Position numbers and translations under genes: made by a program. A stretch of DNA of 33,218 nucleotides from Octopus bimaculoides (taxonomy: Eukaryota): positions 9,967,930 through 10,001,147 of the forward strand of contig NC_068999.1 in the NCBI RefSeq assembly GCF_001194135.2, read 5' to 3'. Below the pieces are notes generated by a model. That model was given only the letters and a program-made list of their open reading frames with translations. It had not been told where the DNA came from and did no database searches. Shown one piece after another: positions 21,655-33,021 of this stretch; position 1 is the stretch's first letter, and every line of letters starts with the position of its first letter.

Positions 21655-22522
21655 CGGGAGGAAAATGATAAGGCGCGTTTTTTAAATACTTTTATTTTTC
21701 GAAATTAAGTTAAACAAAGATTTTATTTTTATCTAAAATATACTCACACTCATTTGCTACAATGCTCTTCCATCTATCTGGTAAACTTGTAAGACCCCCG
21801 CCTCTTACAAATTGTCTGTGACGAAAAATCCTCCTCCAATACTGTTCTGACCTCGTCTACAGAAATCATATTTTTTGCGTCCAAATGATTTTGATGACTG
21901 CGGAATAAATGATAAACAGATGGGGCAATGTCCGGCGAATATGTTGGGTGGGGAATCACTTTCCATTTAAACCGCCCCAGCTCTTGGAATGTCATCCTCG
22001 CTGTATGGTGTCAAGCATTATCCGCAAGGAAGAAGACCCTTCGTCTTGAAACCGAAGATAGTCGTTTTTTCTTCTAGCGCTGATTTGAATGACTGGTAGA
22101 ATGACCAAATCCAAGCTTCTCTGATAGTTCCTCGACAGTTACAATGAGATTTTCTTCTAACAGGGTTTGCAGGACGTTGAGTACTATAGATTTTGCAGGA
22201 CGGACAAGGCTCGTCTTCTAGGCTGTAGTTTCCGGCTCGGGATTTCTGGAACCACCGTTCATACTGACTTACGCATATTGTATAATCCCCTTATACTCCG
22301 TTGATATTGATCGCACTTTCCGTTGTGCTGTTGCCTTTATTGAACTCATAAAATAAAATATGCCAAATATGCTCCTTTGACACTTCCATTATAACTTTGA
22401 AAGGAATAACTGTTAAAATCGGACTACACTCTTCAAAACTTGCACTAAGAATAAGGACAAGGTAAAATTACTACCTGCCTTTATAGCAAGTCACTGCAGA
22501 TAATTTATCCCGTCCCCCACCG
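21655..22522 (-). mobile_element. Internally deleted mariner (DD34D) element; transposase pseudogene from ATG at 22389 to about 21730
   Basis: Minus strand: MEVSKEHIWHILFYEFNKGNST..RWFQKSRAGNYSLEDEP..LQTLLEENLIVTVEELSEKLGFGHST (paired-like HTH domains), joined near 22088 directly to ..RRRVFFLADNA*HHTARMTFQELGRFKWKVIPHPTYSPDIAPSVYHLFRSHQNHL. There are 34 residues between the DNA aspartate and the third catalytic position (D mutated to V). The WVPHEL linker and first catalytic D are missing. The ends are degenerate, so the boundaries are approximate. Confidence 0.9.
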
Positions 22523-22574
22523 TCATTTCAAGCAATTGAAAAATCCGCATTGTTTATGGGATGACCCAATATCA

Positions 22575-22637
22575 TATATGTGTGTGTGTATGTGTGTGTG
22601 TGTGTGTGTGTGTGTTTGTGTGTATATGTATGTATGT

Positions 22638-22675
<38 letters not shown>

Positions 22676-22676
22676 T

Positions 22677-22758
<82 letters not shown>

Positions 22759-22990
22759 CAAATATATGTATATGTATGTGTATATATATGTGTATATATA
22801 TGGATATATATGGATATATATATGTATATATACACGCATATATATGTATGTATATATATATGGATACATGTGTGTGTATGTGTGTATCTGACTGTGTATG
22901 CATTTATAAACAGATATAAAAATATACATATATGTGTGTATGTATGTATGTATGTATGTATCTATCTATCTATCTATCTATTTATCTCTA
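22575..22990. repeat. Large compound (TG)n/(TA)n/(TATG)n/(TATC)n microsatellite block
   Basis: Directly visible; pure (TA)n at about 22679-22751. Confidence 0.95.
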
Positions 22991-23657
22991 TATGTGTGTG
23001 TGCACGTACATAAAGTCCTAACCTGTTGTCATTACTATTCCTACGCCTAAACGTAATTATAATACACACAGACACACACGTATGTATTTAAGCGTGTGTG
23101 CATGTGTGTGTGTTCCTGTATGGAAACAGACATCATTCAACCTTGTGCATATTACATTTTTTTTAAATAATGAAGAGTCTAACAAACGTCGTTTTGTTCC
23201 GTTCGATAACATACTTGATGAAGTCGTTTCTATAACAAAACTTGCTGTCCCTTTCTGTTATTACTTTGAAGGCTTAATCTAATTGTCTTTATCATGTTCA
23301 CCTCAGGAAGCAATCCCGATATTGAACTATATATCACTTTCACTGATTCTATCAATCAAAAATTAATAAGAATAAATGCAATCACTAGAGTATAATTTTT
23401 TCTAATGTTTTCACCTGATACAGTTTTGTAATAAAATTTCATGATAACTTTATTAATCAAACAAGCGATATGGTAAAATGTTCTACAAGGAAAAAAAAAG
23501 GTACCCGTATGAAAGATAATGTCAGAACATTGTAATTTGGCTGACTTTCTAGAATTGCACGAGTAAAAGTTTATAAGTTGCTCTTTAGAGTATAAAAGAA
23601 GCAGAGGTTAAATTTGGGATCAGAATATTGCTATCGATTCATAAATAATTATTCTAG

Positions 23658-24035
23658 TTACCTCCGCCTTAGCGAAGGCAGAGGTATTGTTTTCAGTCGT
23701 GTTTGTTTGTTTCTTTGTTTGTCTTTGGACAAGATATCTGAGGAACCGCTGGATAGATTCGGATGAAACTTTCAGGGATGTTTGACCTCGTGACTGGCAC
23801 GAAGTGATTAGGGATCGATCCGGTACCGGACAATGATTCTGGATTATATTTCCGGATTTTTGTTTCTTTTTTTGCTTAATTTTTAGAGTGGTCGGGTTCA
23901 TTTATAATATTTTTGTATGTGAGAGCTGTCGAGTTTATTTCAGATATTCTCATTTTAAAAATCATCTCCGGTTAATCGTTAAGAGGATGTTCGTGATGTC
24001 TTGGCAGAAGTTTGTACTCTCTGAGTGCTCCTGTT
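23658..24035 (+). mobile_element. Non-autonomous Helentron-associated element (HINE/DINE-1-like)
   Basis: 5' stem-loop ACCTCCGCCTT-AGCG-AAGGCAGAGGT (23660-23685), (GTTT)n microsatellite at 23701-23722, palindrome TCCGGTACCGGA (23819-23830), degenerate 3' sub-terminal IR TTGGCAGAAGT (24001-24011), and 3' hairpin GTACTC-TCT-GAGTGC (24014-24028) before TT. This order matches the established HINE/DINE-1 layout. Confidence 0.75.
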
Positions 24036-24473
24036 AAAAAGTGTTTTAACATCATGTGGGAAAAAACCATCCCTTTAGAGTAAATCACATGACCAATGTT
24101 GCTTAGACGAGTCTCGCAAGGCAAATTTTGAGAAAGATACATGGTTCATTAAAGGATGCATAACTGCTCGAACGATCGTGTTAACGTGAAACTTGGGTGA
24201 AACAAAAACGGCATCTGCCGAATATGCCTGTATGTTTGTGTAGGTTTAGCTCTGTGTATGTCTGTGCGTATATGTGGGGGGGGGGGTGCATGCGTGTGTG
24301 TATGTGTGTGTGTATGTATGTAGCCAAAACTAATTAAAGTCAAGTTGGTGTGACAGCTGATGATGTTTTATTCACTTTTTTGTAGTCAATTAACGATCAG
24401 TTGGCAACATGTCAGACCCATGTCACGGTCGAGTGTTTGTAGCAGACTTAGTTTTTTTTTGTTGCACATCTAT

Positions 24474-24653
24474 CATTATTATTATTATTATTATTATTAT
24501 CATTATTATTGTAGTTGTTGTTGTCGTAGTTGTTGTTGTTGTTACTGTTGTCACTATTATTATTATTGCTATTAGTACTGTTACTAGTACTATTGTTGTT
24601 GCTATTGTTATTGTTTTCGTTATGGTAGTAGTAGTAGTAGTAGTAGTAGTAGC

Positions 24654-24685
<32 letters not shown>

Positions 24686-24712
24686 GAGGAGGAGGAGGAG
24701 GAGGAGGAGGAG
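24474..24712. repeat. Compound trinucleotide microsatellite (ATT)/(GTT)/(GTA)/(GGA)
   Basis: Directly visible. Confidence 0.9.
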
Positions 24713-24940
24713 TTATTCAAGTACACTAATAACTTTCATCTGGTCTCTCACTTTCTCTCTTTCCCTTTATATATATATATATATATGTGCACACACAGGT
24801 ACACACAGGTACACACGCAATACACACACACACACACATATATATAAACTAGAGTAAATCATTCGATACAAGTAACGCAATTTATATATATTTTACCTTA
24901 TCTCACCAATGAACAACTAAGTGCAACGACAGCGAGTATG

Positions 24941-24978
<38 letters not shown>

Positions 24979-24988
24979 NNNNNNNNNN

Positions 24989-25028
<40 letters not shown>

Positions 25029-26266
25029 CTATCTATCAATATAAGCATCTCTCTCTTTATATACATATACGTATATTTATATATAGAGAGAGAGATGGAG
25101 AGAGGGAGAGGCAGAGAGAGAGAGAGAGATACATACAGATAGATAGATAGATAGATAAATAGATAGACACACACAGATGTCTGTATGTATGTCTGCGTGA
25201 TTGTGTGTGTGTGTGTGAGTTTGTGTGTGTGTGTGTGTGTGTGAGTGTGTGTATGTATGTGTGTGCCTATGAATCTGTGTGTATCATGCCTTTACGCAGG
25301 TCCACATATTCACGAAATTGTCTTTTTTTCTGATATGGATTACGTGTCGATAATTATACCTTCCTTTTATCACTCGGTTGAGCTAAGTCCACCTACAGAT
25401 GAGTACGAATTGCATAAACAAAATCAAGAAGCCTCATAAACTTGCCGAACAGTCACTTAGATCGTAAGTCTAGCGTTTTCTTAACTCAAACGTTTCCATT
25501 AAATGTTTCATCATAGTTAGCAATATGCTTTAATATGTATATATATAAAGTGAAACCCATGGTATGCAGTAATAAAGCTTCAATCCAAATTGAAAATATA
25601 AAAGGCTTCGTAGTGGTTTATACAATTTGGAAACATTCGTTTAAATATTTTAGGTTTGTCGGCAATCTATATTTTTAGACGAATAATATAAACCATATAA
25701 TATCATAATGCTTGCAAACATTCGTCTCAACCCAAATTACTTTGAGATATGCCAACGTTTGGTAAGTGACACTTCACATGTCGCTAAACTTGGTCAAATT
25801 AGCAAACAAAATTTTCCCAAATCATGTTCGTAAATTTACTAATATATTTCTGGATATTGCTTTGCGTGGAATATCTTTCTTCAGAATTGCTTGTAATATG
25901 ACCGATCTAAAACTAAATGACAACCGAAAAGTTTACTTAAAGCCAAAGACAGCAAGATTCTTCACGGGTAAGCGATTTGTTAGATGATACAACAGCCAAA
26001 TTTCACTCAAATTTGCTTTGGTGGTGTATCAGAATTATTTATTCACAAGGGTTCAATCAACATGATTTTACCGCAAGCGGGCATTTTGCGCCAAAAGCCT
26101 ATATGAAAGCTTCTCTCATATTATCAACAACAGTAAAGATAACAACGTCCACGTTTAAATAGGAATAAATATTACCTCTCGGTATTTATACCACCTCAGT
26201 TGCTAATACACATTTGTGCAATATACTACGGGGTGAGATCGTTCCTGTAACATGATGTTTGCTTCA

Positions 26267-26267
<1 letters not shown>

Positions 26268-26304
<37 letters not shown>

Positions 26305-26400
26305 CCACCATCATCATTATCATCACCATCATCATCATCATCATCATCATCATGATCAACATCGACGTCGTCATCATCATCATCATCATCATCATCATCA
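26268..26400. repeat. (CAT)n microsatellite
   Basis: Directly visible; source of the poly-H and poly-M pseudo-ORFs. Confidence 0.95.
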
Positions 26401-28093
26401 ACATACCATTAGTACTGCTGCAGTTGCTTTGACTGATTTTTGGTGCATCTGCTTCTTTTGCTGTTTTTTTTTTGTTTTTTTTCTCCCCGTTTCCCTTTTC
26501 TGTTGGTTTCCTGTATTGTTGCACAGGTAGTTATCTTGCTGTCTTTGTTGCTCTACCTGTTGTTCCTGTTCTTACTTTTATTGACGATATCGATGTGCAT
26601 ACTATTGCTCTCGATGCTGCTGATGCTGCTGCTGTTGTTGTTCCTATTGTTGATGATGTTATTGTTGTCGTCGTTCTCCTACTCTTGTCTTGTCATTCTT
26701 TGGCATTCGCTCTTATTTTGCTGTTATTAGTACTGGTTTTACCATCTTCATCATCCACAACGTTATCAACTTCATCATCGTAAACATCATCATCGTCATC
26801 ATCGTAATCATCATCATCTTCAGCAGCAGCAGTAGCAGCAGCGACAACGGCGGCAGCATTGTCATCGTCGTCATCATTACATTGACTTTTTTTTCTTTCT
26901 CTAACATTTCCGTTCAGCTTCTGATTTTCCTACGTTTATACATACATTTATTTAAATATTTATTTTGCTTGTTTCTTCGCTTCAATATGCTAAGTGTAGA
27001 CTTACGTCTCTTTTGTAAGTTTAATTTTCTCTGCCGGAAACTTAATTCTGATACAGCAACGCATGAACGTCTCGTAACCATCATTGTTGTATTTTAATCG
27101 TCAACCCCCTCCATACACACACATATATGTATAAATAAGTATGTGTATGCATGTGTATGTGTACACACACAGACGCTCATAAGCTGTTAACATTGAGGCA
27201 GGTACATGCGTCAAAACTATAATTGTCCCGATGATGTTGCTGAGGAAGTCTGCAAAAGTTGATTACGACCTTATCTTTGCAATCGAACGGTGAAGAGATC
27301 AAGCGAAAATATGAAACTAACGCTATAAAATAATGTTAAAAAACAGAACGAAGTTACATTTTAATTTTAAAAACTGTTCTTTGCGTGCAGACAAATATTT
27401 ATATTGATGTGTGTTGAACTTCTATCATTTCTACGTATGTATGGAAGTATGTATGTATGTATCTATCTATCTATCGGAATTTTATAAATTCTTATGAGGT
27501 CAAAATTGTATATATGTATATTTATTTATATATTTCCAAGAATGTATGGAATGGAACTGATAAAGTACGAACTATAGTCTTTTAATAGCAACAATATTGT
27601 TTGTAAAATAACGTGTAACATACATAGAAACGGCTTAGCTAATCTTCTGGTCCTAAGATATTTTCGTGTGGTGAAACCTATATTGTCGGAATTTTATCCG
27701 CGTTTTAGCAACTTTAGCGATTAAACCGTAGGCTGTATGGTGACTGTCAGCTTATCGCAATTTTCTGTGATTTCAATATGAGATGAAGACTGTACCTTAT
27801 GATGATAATAAAGTCGTTTTGTCGTATATCACTGACCTTTTGTTTTCTGTACTTGTTGCATACGTGGTCGCATGCAACAAGATTACTAACGTCGGACACT
27901 TACATCCTTGAACGTTATTTTCCTATTAACATGCATATAAATTAAAATAACAAGGTAAAAGTTTTTTTTATTTTTCATTCCTTTTGAAGATTGCTCTTGA
28001 ATGTTGTTTTGGTCGTTTTGACTACCTTTTCTAGCATGTAAAAACTGCTTGTTGAAGGAAATTTTCTCTTGTGTTTAAACGTATACTATTTTA

Positions 28094-28134
<41 letters not shown>

Positions 28135-28175
28135 NNNNNNNNNNNNNNNNNNNNNNNNNNNNNNNNNNNNNNNNN

Positions 28176-28221
<46 letters not shown>

Positions 28222-28240
28222 AAGAAATATAGATAGATAT

Positions 28241-28279
<39 letters not shown>

Positions 28280-28855
28280 TACATATTTATGTATTTTTAT
28301 ATACAACTACTACTACTGCTGCTGCTGCAACTGCCACTACTATTAGCACCATCGCCACTAACATTATTTCTTATTGATATCTATTTATTGGCATTTGCAA
28401 TTTCTTGTCGGGTCTTTTTTTTTCTTTATATTCTATGTATAATTTTGTTTGCTTTTGTACCTTTATTTATTCTCTTGTCTTCTGCCTTTTTTTGTTCTTT
28501 CTTTCCGTCTTTTTGTTCTTACTCTCTTTCTCTTTGCTTTTTTTTTTTTCGCTTTCACTGCTTTATCCAGCGTGTATTCTACACTTCCGTGTTCCACCGC
28601 CTAATTGTCTCAAAGTTTTCTAACAGATTAACTGCTACTCGGTTCGTTACTAAATCTTCTGTCATTCCTGCAATATTAAAAGACCTCAGACTGCTTCTCG
28701 TAAACATGATTGTTCTTCTAATGACATAACAGCTTTTACGCCATTGTCATAGAAACATACTATATTCATTGGATTACATCTAGACCAACCATAACAAATG
28801 ACATAAACCCTCACCAGCCAGCCAGCGAAGAAAACCCGTACACATTCAATCGACT

Positions 28856-28872
28856 TGCTAGAAATAGCTGCC
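28856..28872 (+). mobile_element. Short fragment of an interspersed repeat also present, inverted, at 20454-20470
   Basis: TGCTAGAAATAGCTGCC versus TGCTAGAAATAGATGCC (reverse complement of 20454-20470): 16/17 identical. It resembles an octopus SINE tail from memory. Confidence 0.4.
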
Positions 28873-30147
28873 AGCATTCTAATTTCAACCACGTTAGTAT
28901 TATAAAGAAGATACGTTCCATAATGTCGGCTTACGGTGTTCTAGAAAAACCTGATTGTTACATTTGAAATTCCTTTAGCTTCCAAGAGACCAGCCTATGG
29001 CTAAATAACATCATGGTTATTATCATAATCAACAACACCAACAGCTACAACATCGATAATGATCAGCAAATCCAGTTCCACCTGTCGTTGTTTTTACCAC
29101 TCCGGCTCATAATATTTATTCAGACATGTTGGAGCTTGTAATTATTCTCTCGGCATCCATTGAAATACCGCTAACTTATGGAAACACAAACAAACTAACA
29201 ATGGTTATCAAGCGGTGCGGTGGGACAAACACAAACACAACGACTCAGACACACACGCAGATGCACAAACACACATATACATATAGTATTGGCTTCCACA
29301 CAGTTTCCGTATAACAAATTCATTCACAAGGTACAATAATCCCTCGCCATATCACGGTTTATTCTTTAAGCTTACGTCGATTCCTCCGTGGTGTTGTTTT
29401 GCATTTATAATAAAATAAAAATATACACAAATTATAAAAATTATTTTTAAAACATTATACCCACACACGCACCCACGCACCCACACACGTACGCACACAC
29501 GCATATGCATAGGCTCTTACATACATACACACATATACATANNNNNNNNNNNNNNNNNNNNNNNNNNNNNNNNNNNNNNNNNNNNNNNNNNNNNNNNNNN
29601 NNNNNNNNNNNNNNNNNNNNNNNNNNNNNNNNNNNNNNNNNNNNNNNNNNNNNNNNNNNNNNNNNNNNNNNNNNNNNNNNNNNNNNNNNNNNNNNNNNNN
29701 NNNNNNNNNNNNNNNNNNNNNNNNNNNNNNNNNNNNNNNNNNNNNNNNNNNNNNNNNNNNNNNNNNNNNNNNNNNNNNNNNNNNNNNNNNNNNNNNNNNN
29801 NNNNNNNNNNNNNNNNNNNNNNNNNNNNNNNNNNNNNNNNNNNNNNNNNNNNNNNNNNNNNNNNNNNNNNNNNNNNNNNNNNNNNNNNNNNNNNNNNNNN
29901 NNNNNNNNNNNNNNNNNNNNNNNNNNNNNNNNNNNNNNNNNNNNNNNNNNNNNNNNNNNNNNNNNNNNNNNNNNNNNNNNNNNNNNNNNNNNNNNNNNNN
30001 NNNNNNNNNNNNNNNNNNNNNNNNNNNNNNNNNNNNNNNNNNNNNNNNNNNNNNNNNNNNNNNNNNNNNNNNNNNNNNNNNNNNNNNNNNNNNNNNNNNN
30101 NNNNNNNNNNNNNNNNTATATATATATATATATATATATATGGCTGT

Positions 30148-30192
30148 CGGACGCTGACGAAGGGAAATAACCCTGAAACCCGGGTCCGTTCG
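30148..30192 (+). ncRNA. Minimal type I hammerhead ribozyme (Penelope/retrozyme-like)
   Basis: Stem I CGGACG (30148-30153) pairs with CGTTCG (30187-30192), 6 bp with one G-U. Core CTGACGA (30154-30160). Stem II AGGG-AAATAA-CCCT (30161-30174). GAAA (30175-30178). Palindromic ACCCGGGT (30178-30185) as stem III. GTC cleavage triplet at 30184-30186. All canonical core nucleotides are present. Confidence 0.75.
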
Positions 30193-30391
30193 TGCTACAG
30201 ATCACGATGAGAGGGATAACTTCCCTTGGCAAAACAAACAGGACACAGAAGTGTGTCGATAAGCCAGCTGGAGGAGATGTCCTCCTGGGGCTAAAAGCAA
30301 CAGTAACATCCACCCCTAGAGGTCAGCCACATTTAAGTGGCAATATACTTCACTATATATATATATTTATATATATATATAGATACACTAA

Positions 30392-30552
30392 GGGCTTCTT
30401 TCAGTTTCCGTCTGCGAAATCCACTCACAAGATCTAAGTCGCCCCGAGGCTATAGTAGAATACACTTGCCCTAGATGATATGCGGACGGGACTGTACCTG
30501 GAACCATGTGGTTGGGAAGCAAGCTTTTTACCACACAGCCACACATGTACCT
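30392..30552 (-). mobile_element. Near-full-length tRNA-derived CORE-type octopus SINE with (TA)n tail
   Basis: Minus strand: GTGGCTGTGTGGTAAAAAGCTTGCTTCCCAACCACATGGTTCCAGGTACAGTCCC (A-box TGGCTGTGTGG, B-box-like GGTACAGTCCC), CORE-like TAGGGCAAGTGTATT, then GTGAGTGGATTT..GGAAACTGAAAGAAGCCC and (TA)n at 30353-30381. Confidence 0.85.
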
Positions 30553-30754
30553 ATATTAAATTTCTTACACATTGATAAATCTTTGTCCTCAAACTTTTTT
30601 TCTGTTTCTTCATAAATAAAGGCATCCTTACACAATCAACGTTCACATCTTTTCATTTACGTTTTCGGCTGGCAAATTTAATCATCCTGCGACTGACCGG
30701 TGTAAAAATTCTCGCTGCTTGGATAGGATACGGGTGCATCGAAAGATTTCTAAC

Positions 30755-30803
30755 GAGTGAAGTGGAGCGATGTAAAATGGAGTGTTTTGCTCAACAACAA
30801 CGC
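30755..30803 (-). mobile_element. SINE CORE-domain fragment
   Basis: Reverse complement GCGTTGTTGTTGAGCAAAACACTCCATTTTACATCGCTCCACTTCACTC resembles the GTTGTGTCCTTGAGCAAGACACTT core of metazoan CORE-SINEs. Confidence 0.5.
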
Positions 30804-30882
30804 TCGTCCTGTCTATGAATCGAAACTGCAATCTCACGAACATAAGTGCATCGGACTTACCACTAAGTCACGTGCATCCACA

Positions 30883-30941
<59 letters not shown>
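30883..30941. repeat. (TATC)n microsatellite
   Basis: Directly visible. Confidence 0.95.
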
Positions 30942-31018
30942 ATCTCGCTACACACGCGCATATAAACATTCATACACATAAATATCCGTGTATGAAAATG
31001 GGTGGTATACATATGGAT

Positions 31019-31061
<43 letters not shown>

Positions 31062-31493
31062 TATATGCATCTATTGGCTAATTTCTCATTATTTATTCAT
31101 CATTTATGATTTCTCAAAGTAAAAACTTGTACAAAATGCTGAACTTTAAGTGCTGTTGGATTAAAAGATTAGACAGTTTGGTAGATGAAAACAAACAAAC
31201 AAACAAACAAACAAACACGAACGATGTTATTATTGATGATGACGATGATGATGACGATGATGATGATGATCATGATCGTGATGATCATGATAATGAAATA
31301 TGTAAATAAACAAATCAAAATCTCTTAAAGGATTAATTAAACTAGTGGATTGTGCCAATTCATTTTTATAGTTTAGGCCATAAAATTTGGATTATCCGAT
31401 CAAAGGTATTAAGGCGTAAAGAAATAAGAATGAACAAACAATATAAATAAACTAAATCACATTGCAAAAATAATATATATATATATATACAAC

Positions 31494-31495
31494 AA

Positions 31496-31539
<44 letters not shown>

Positions 31540-31547
31540 GCAACAAT
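31494..31547. repeat. (CAA)n microsatellite
   Basis: Directly visible. Confidence 0.9.
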
Positions 31548-31791
31548 TACAAGTCCAACAACTATAATAATATACTTATTACCAATCAATAAATGATAAA
31601 TACCTTGAGATAATTGATGTATGAAATGCATTCTATTAAGTGGGACTGCGTATAAAAATATTTTTTATTTCTTTGAACAGTACAACCGCCATTAACACCC
31701 CATAACCGCTACTACCGCCGACACTAACGCCACCCCTACTTTAAGAAAGCTTCTTTGCAGATTTGCTAGTGAAGGGGAATTTTAAAGGAAT

Positions 31792-31825
<34 letters not shown>

Positions 31826-32014
31826 GTATGTATATATGTATATATAAATAAGTATATACATACACACACACATATACGTGTATATATGTATACATGCACA
31901 TACAAATACATACACATATATATAGATACACAGACACATATATATGCATATGCATATCTATCCGTCTATCTATACATCCATCCATCCATACATACATACA
32001 TATATACATACACG

Positions 32015-32074
<60 letters not shown>

Positions 32075-32646
32075 TATATGTAATGTAGATGAGTTTATAT
32101 ATGTATATATGTATGTATACATATATGAGTGTGAGTCTGTATGTATGTCTTTATAAATATATATATATAGACGTGTGTGCTTGCGCGACCACATCTGTAG
32201 ACTTCTATTTTCCTGAGACATTCTGTTTCTCTTTAATATTTCCCCACCGTGACATCAACATAATTTTATTGTAGCGCGCAAACACACGCACACAAACACA
32301 CACATACACACACGCATACATTCGCATACACACCCAGCTACGCCTACGCACACACAAGCATATTCGGCAGATACCGTTTGTTTTTTACTCAGGTTTCACG
32401 TTAACACGATCAATCAGGCAGTTTCGTGTCCTTTAAAGAACCATGCATATGTCTCTAAAACTAGCGCATAACCTCTATTAAGCGACAAACGTCACACACA
32501 CACGTACACACGAGTGCACATACATTCATAATCTGCAATCTATAGGGCATCTGGTAAACATCTTTCCGTAATTGTTCCATGTCCTTAAGATTCTCAGTAC
32601 AAGTACTACCGAAGTCAACTTATTTATTATATTTCAGGGGGCGGTG

Positions 32647-32670
32647 GGGGGTCGATAAAATACCAATCAG
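32647..32670 (+). mobile_element. Very short SINE central-domain remnant
   Basis: GGGGTCGATAAAATACC matches the domain seen inverted at 11781-11800. Confidence 0.4.
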
Positions 32671-32949
32671 ATATTCAAGTATTGTGAAGACACTTCGCTA
32701 AATGGAGCAACAGCGCTCACAATTGCAATACAGATTGCTATTGCCGGACTGTGTGGATCGTTCAGCTCAAGTAGCCTCGTTTCATGATCCTCCAGTCTGT
32801 CTCCAAATGAACAACTTCACAATGAACTGGTGTTCCGTTGAGGGGGATTGCTGCGATCCTGGCCACTTATACGCCCTGGAAATCGAGGGCTTTGCGTGTC
32901 CTAGAATATGAGATAGTACTTTCTTATACGAAAGTACTAAAATCGATTG

Positions 32950-32967
32950 CTTCTTCTTCTTCTTCTT

Positions 32968-32998
<31 letters not shown>

Positions 32999-33021
32999 TT
33001 ATTATTATTATTATTATTATT
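32950..33021. repeat. (TTC)n-(ATT)n compound microsatellite
   Basis: Directly visible. Confidence 0.95.

Noticed and set aside
24355-24420. C/D-box snoRNA candidate (TGATGA at about 24359)
   Set aside because: No terminal CTGA box D at a suitable distance and no terminal stem.
27170-27260. Minus-strand peptide DFLSNIIGTIIVLTH after a TTTTGCAG acceptor (membrane-protein-like)
   Set aside because: Too short, no convincing donor, and no diagnostic GPCR or channel motif.
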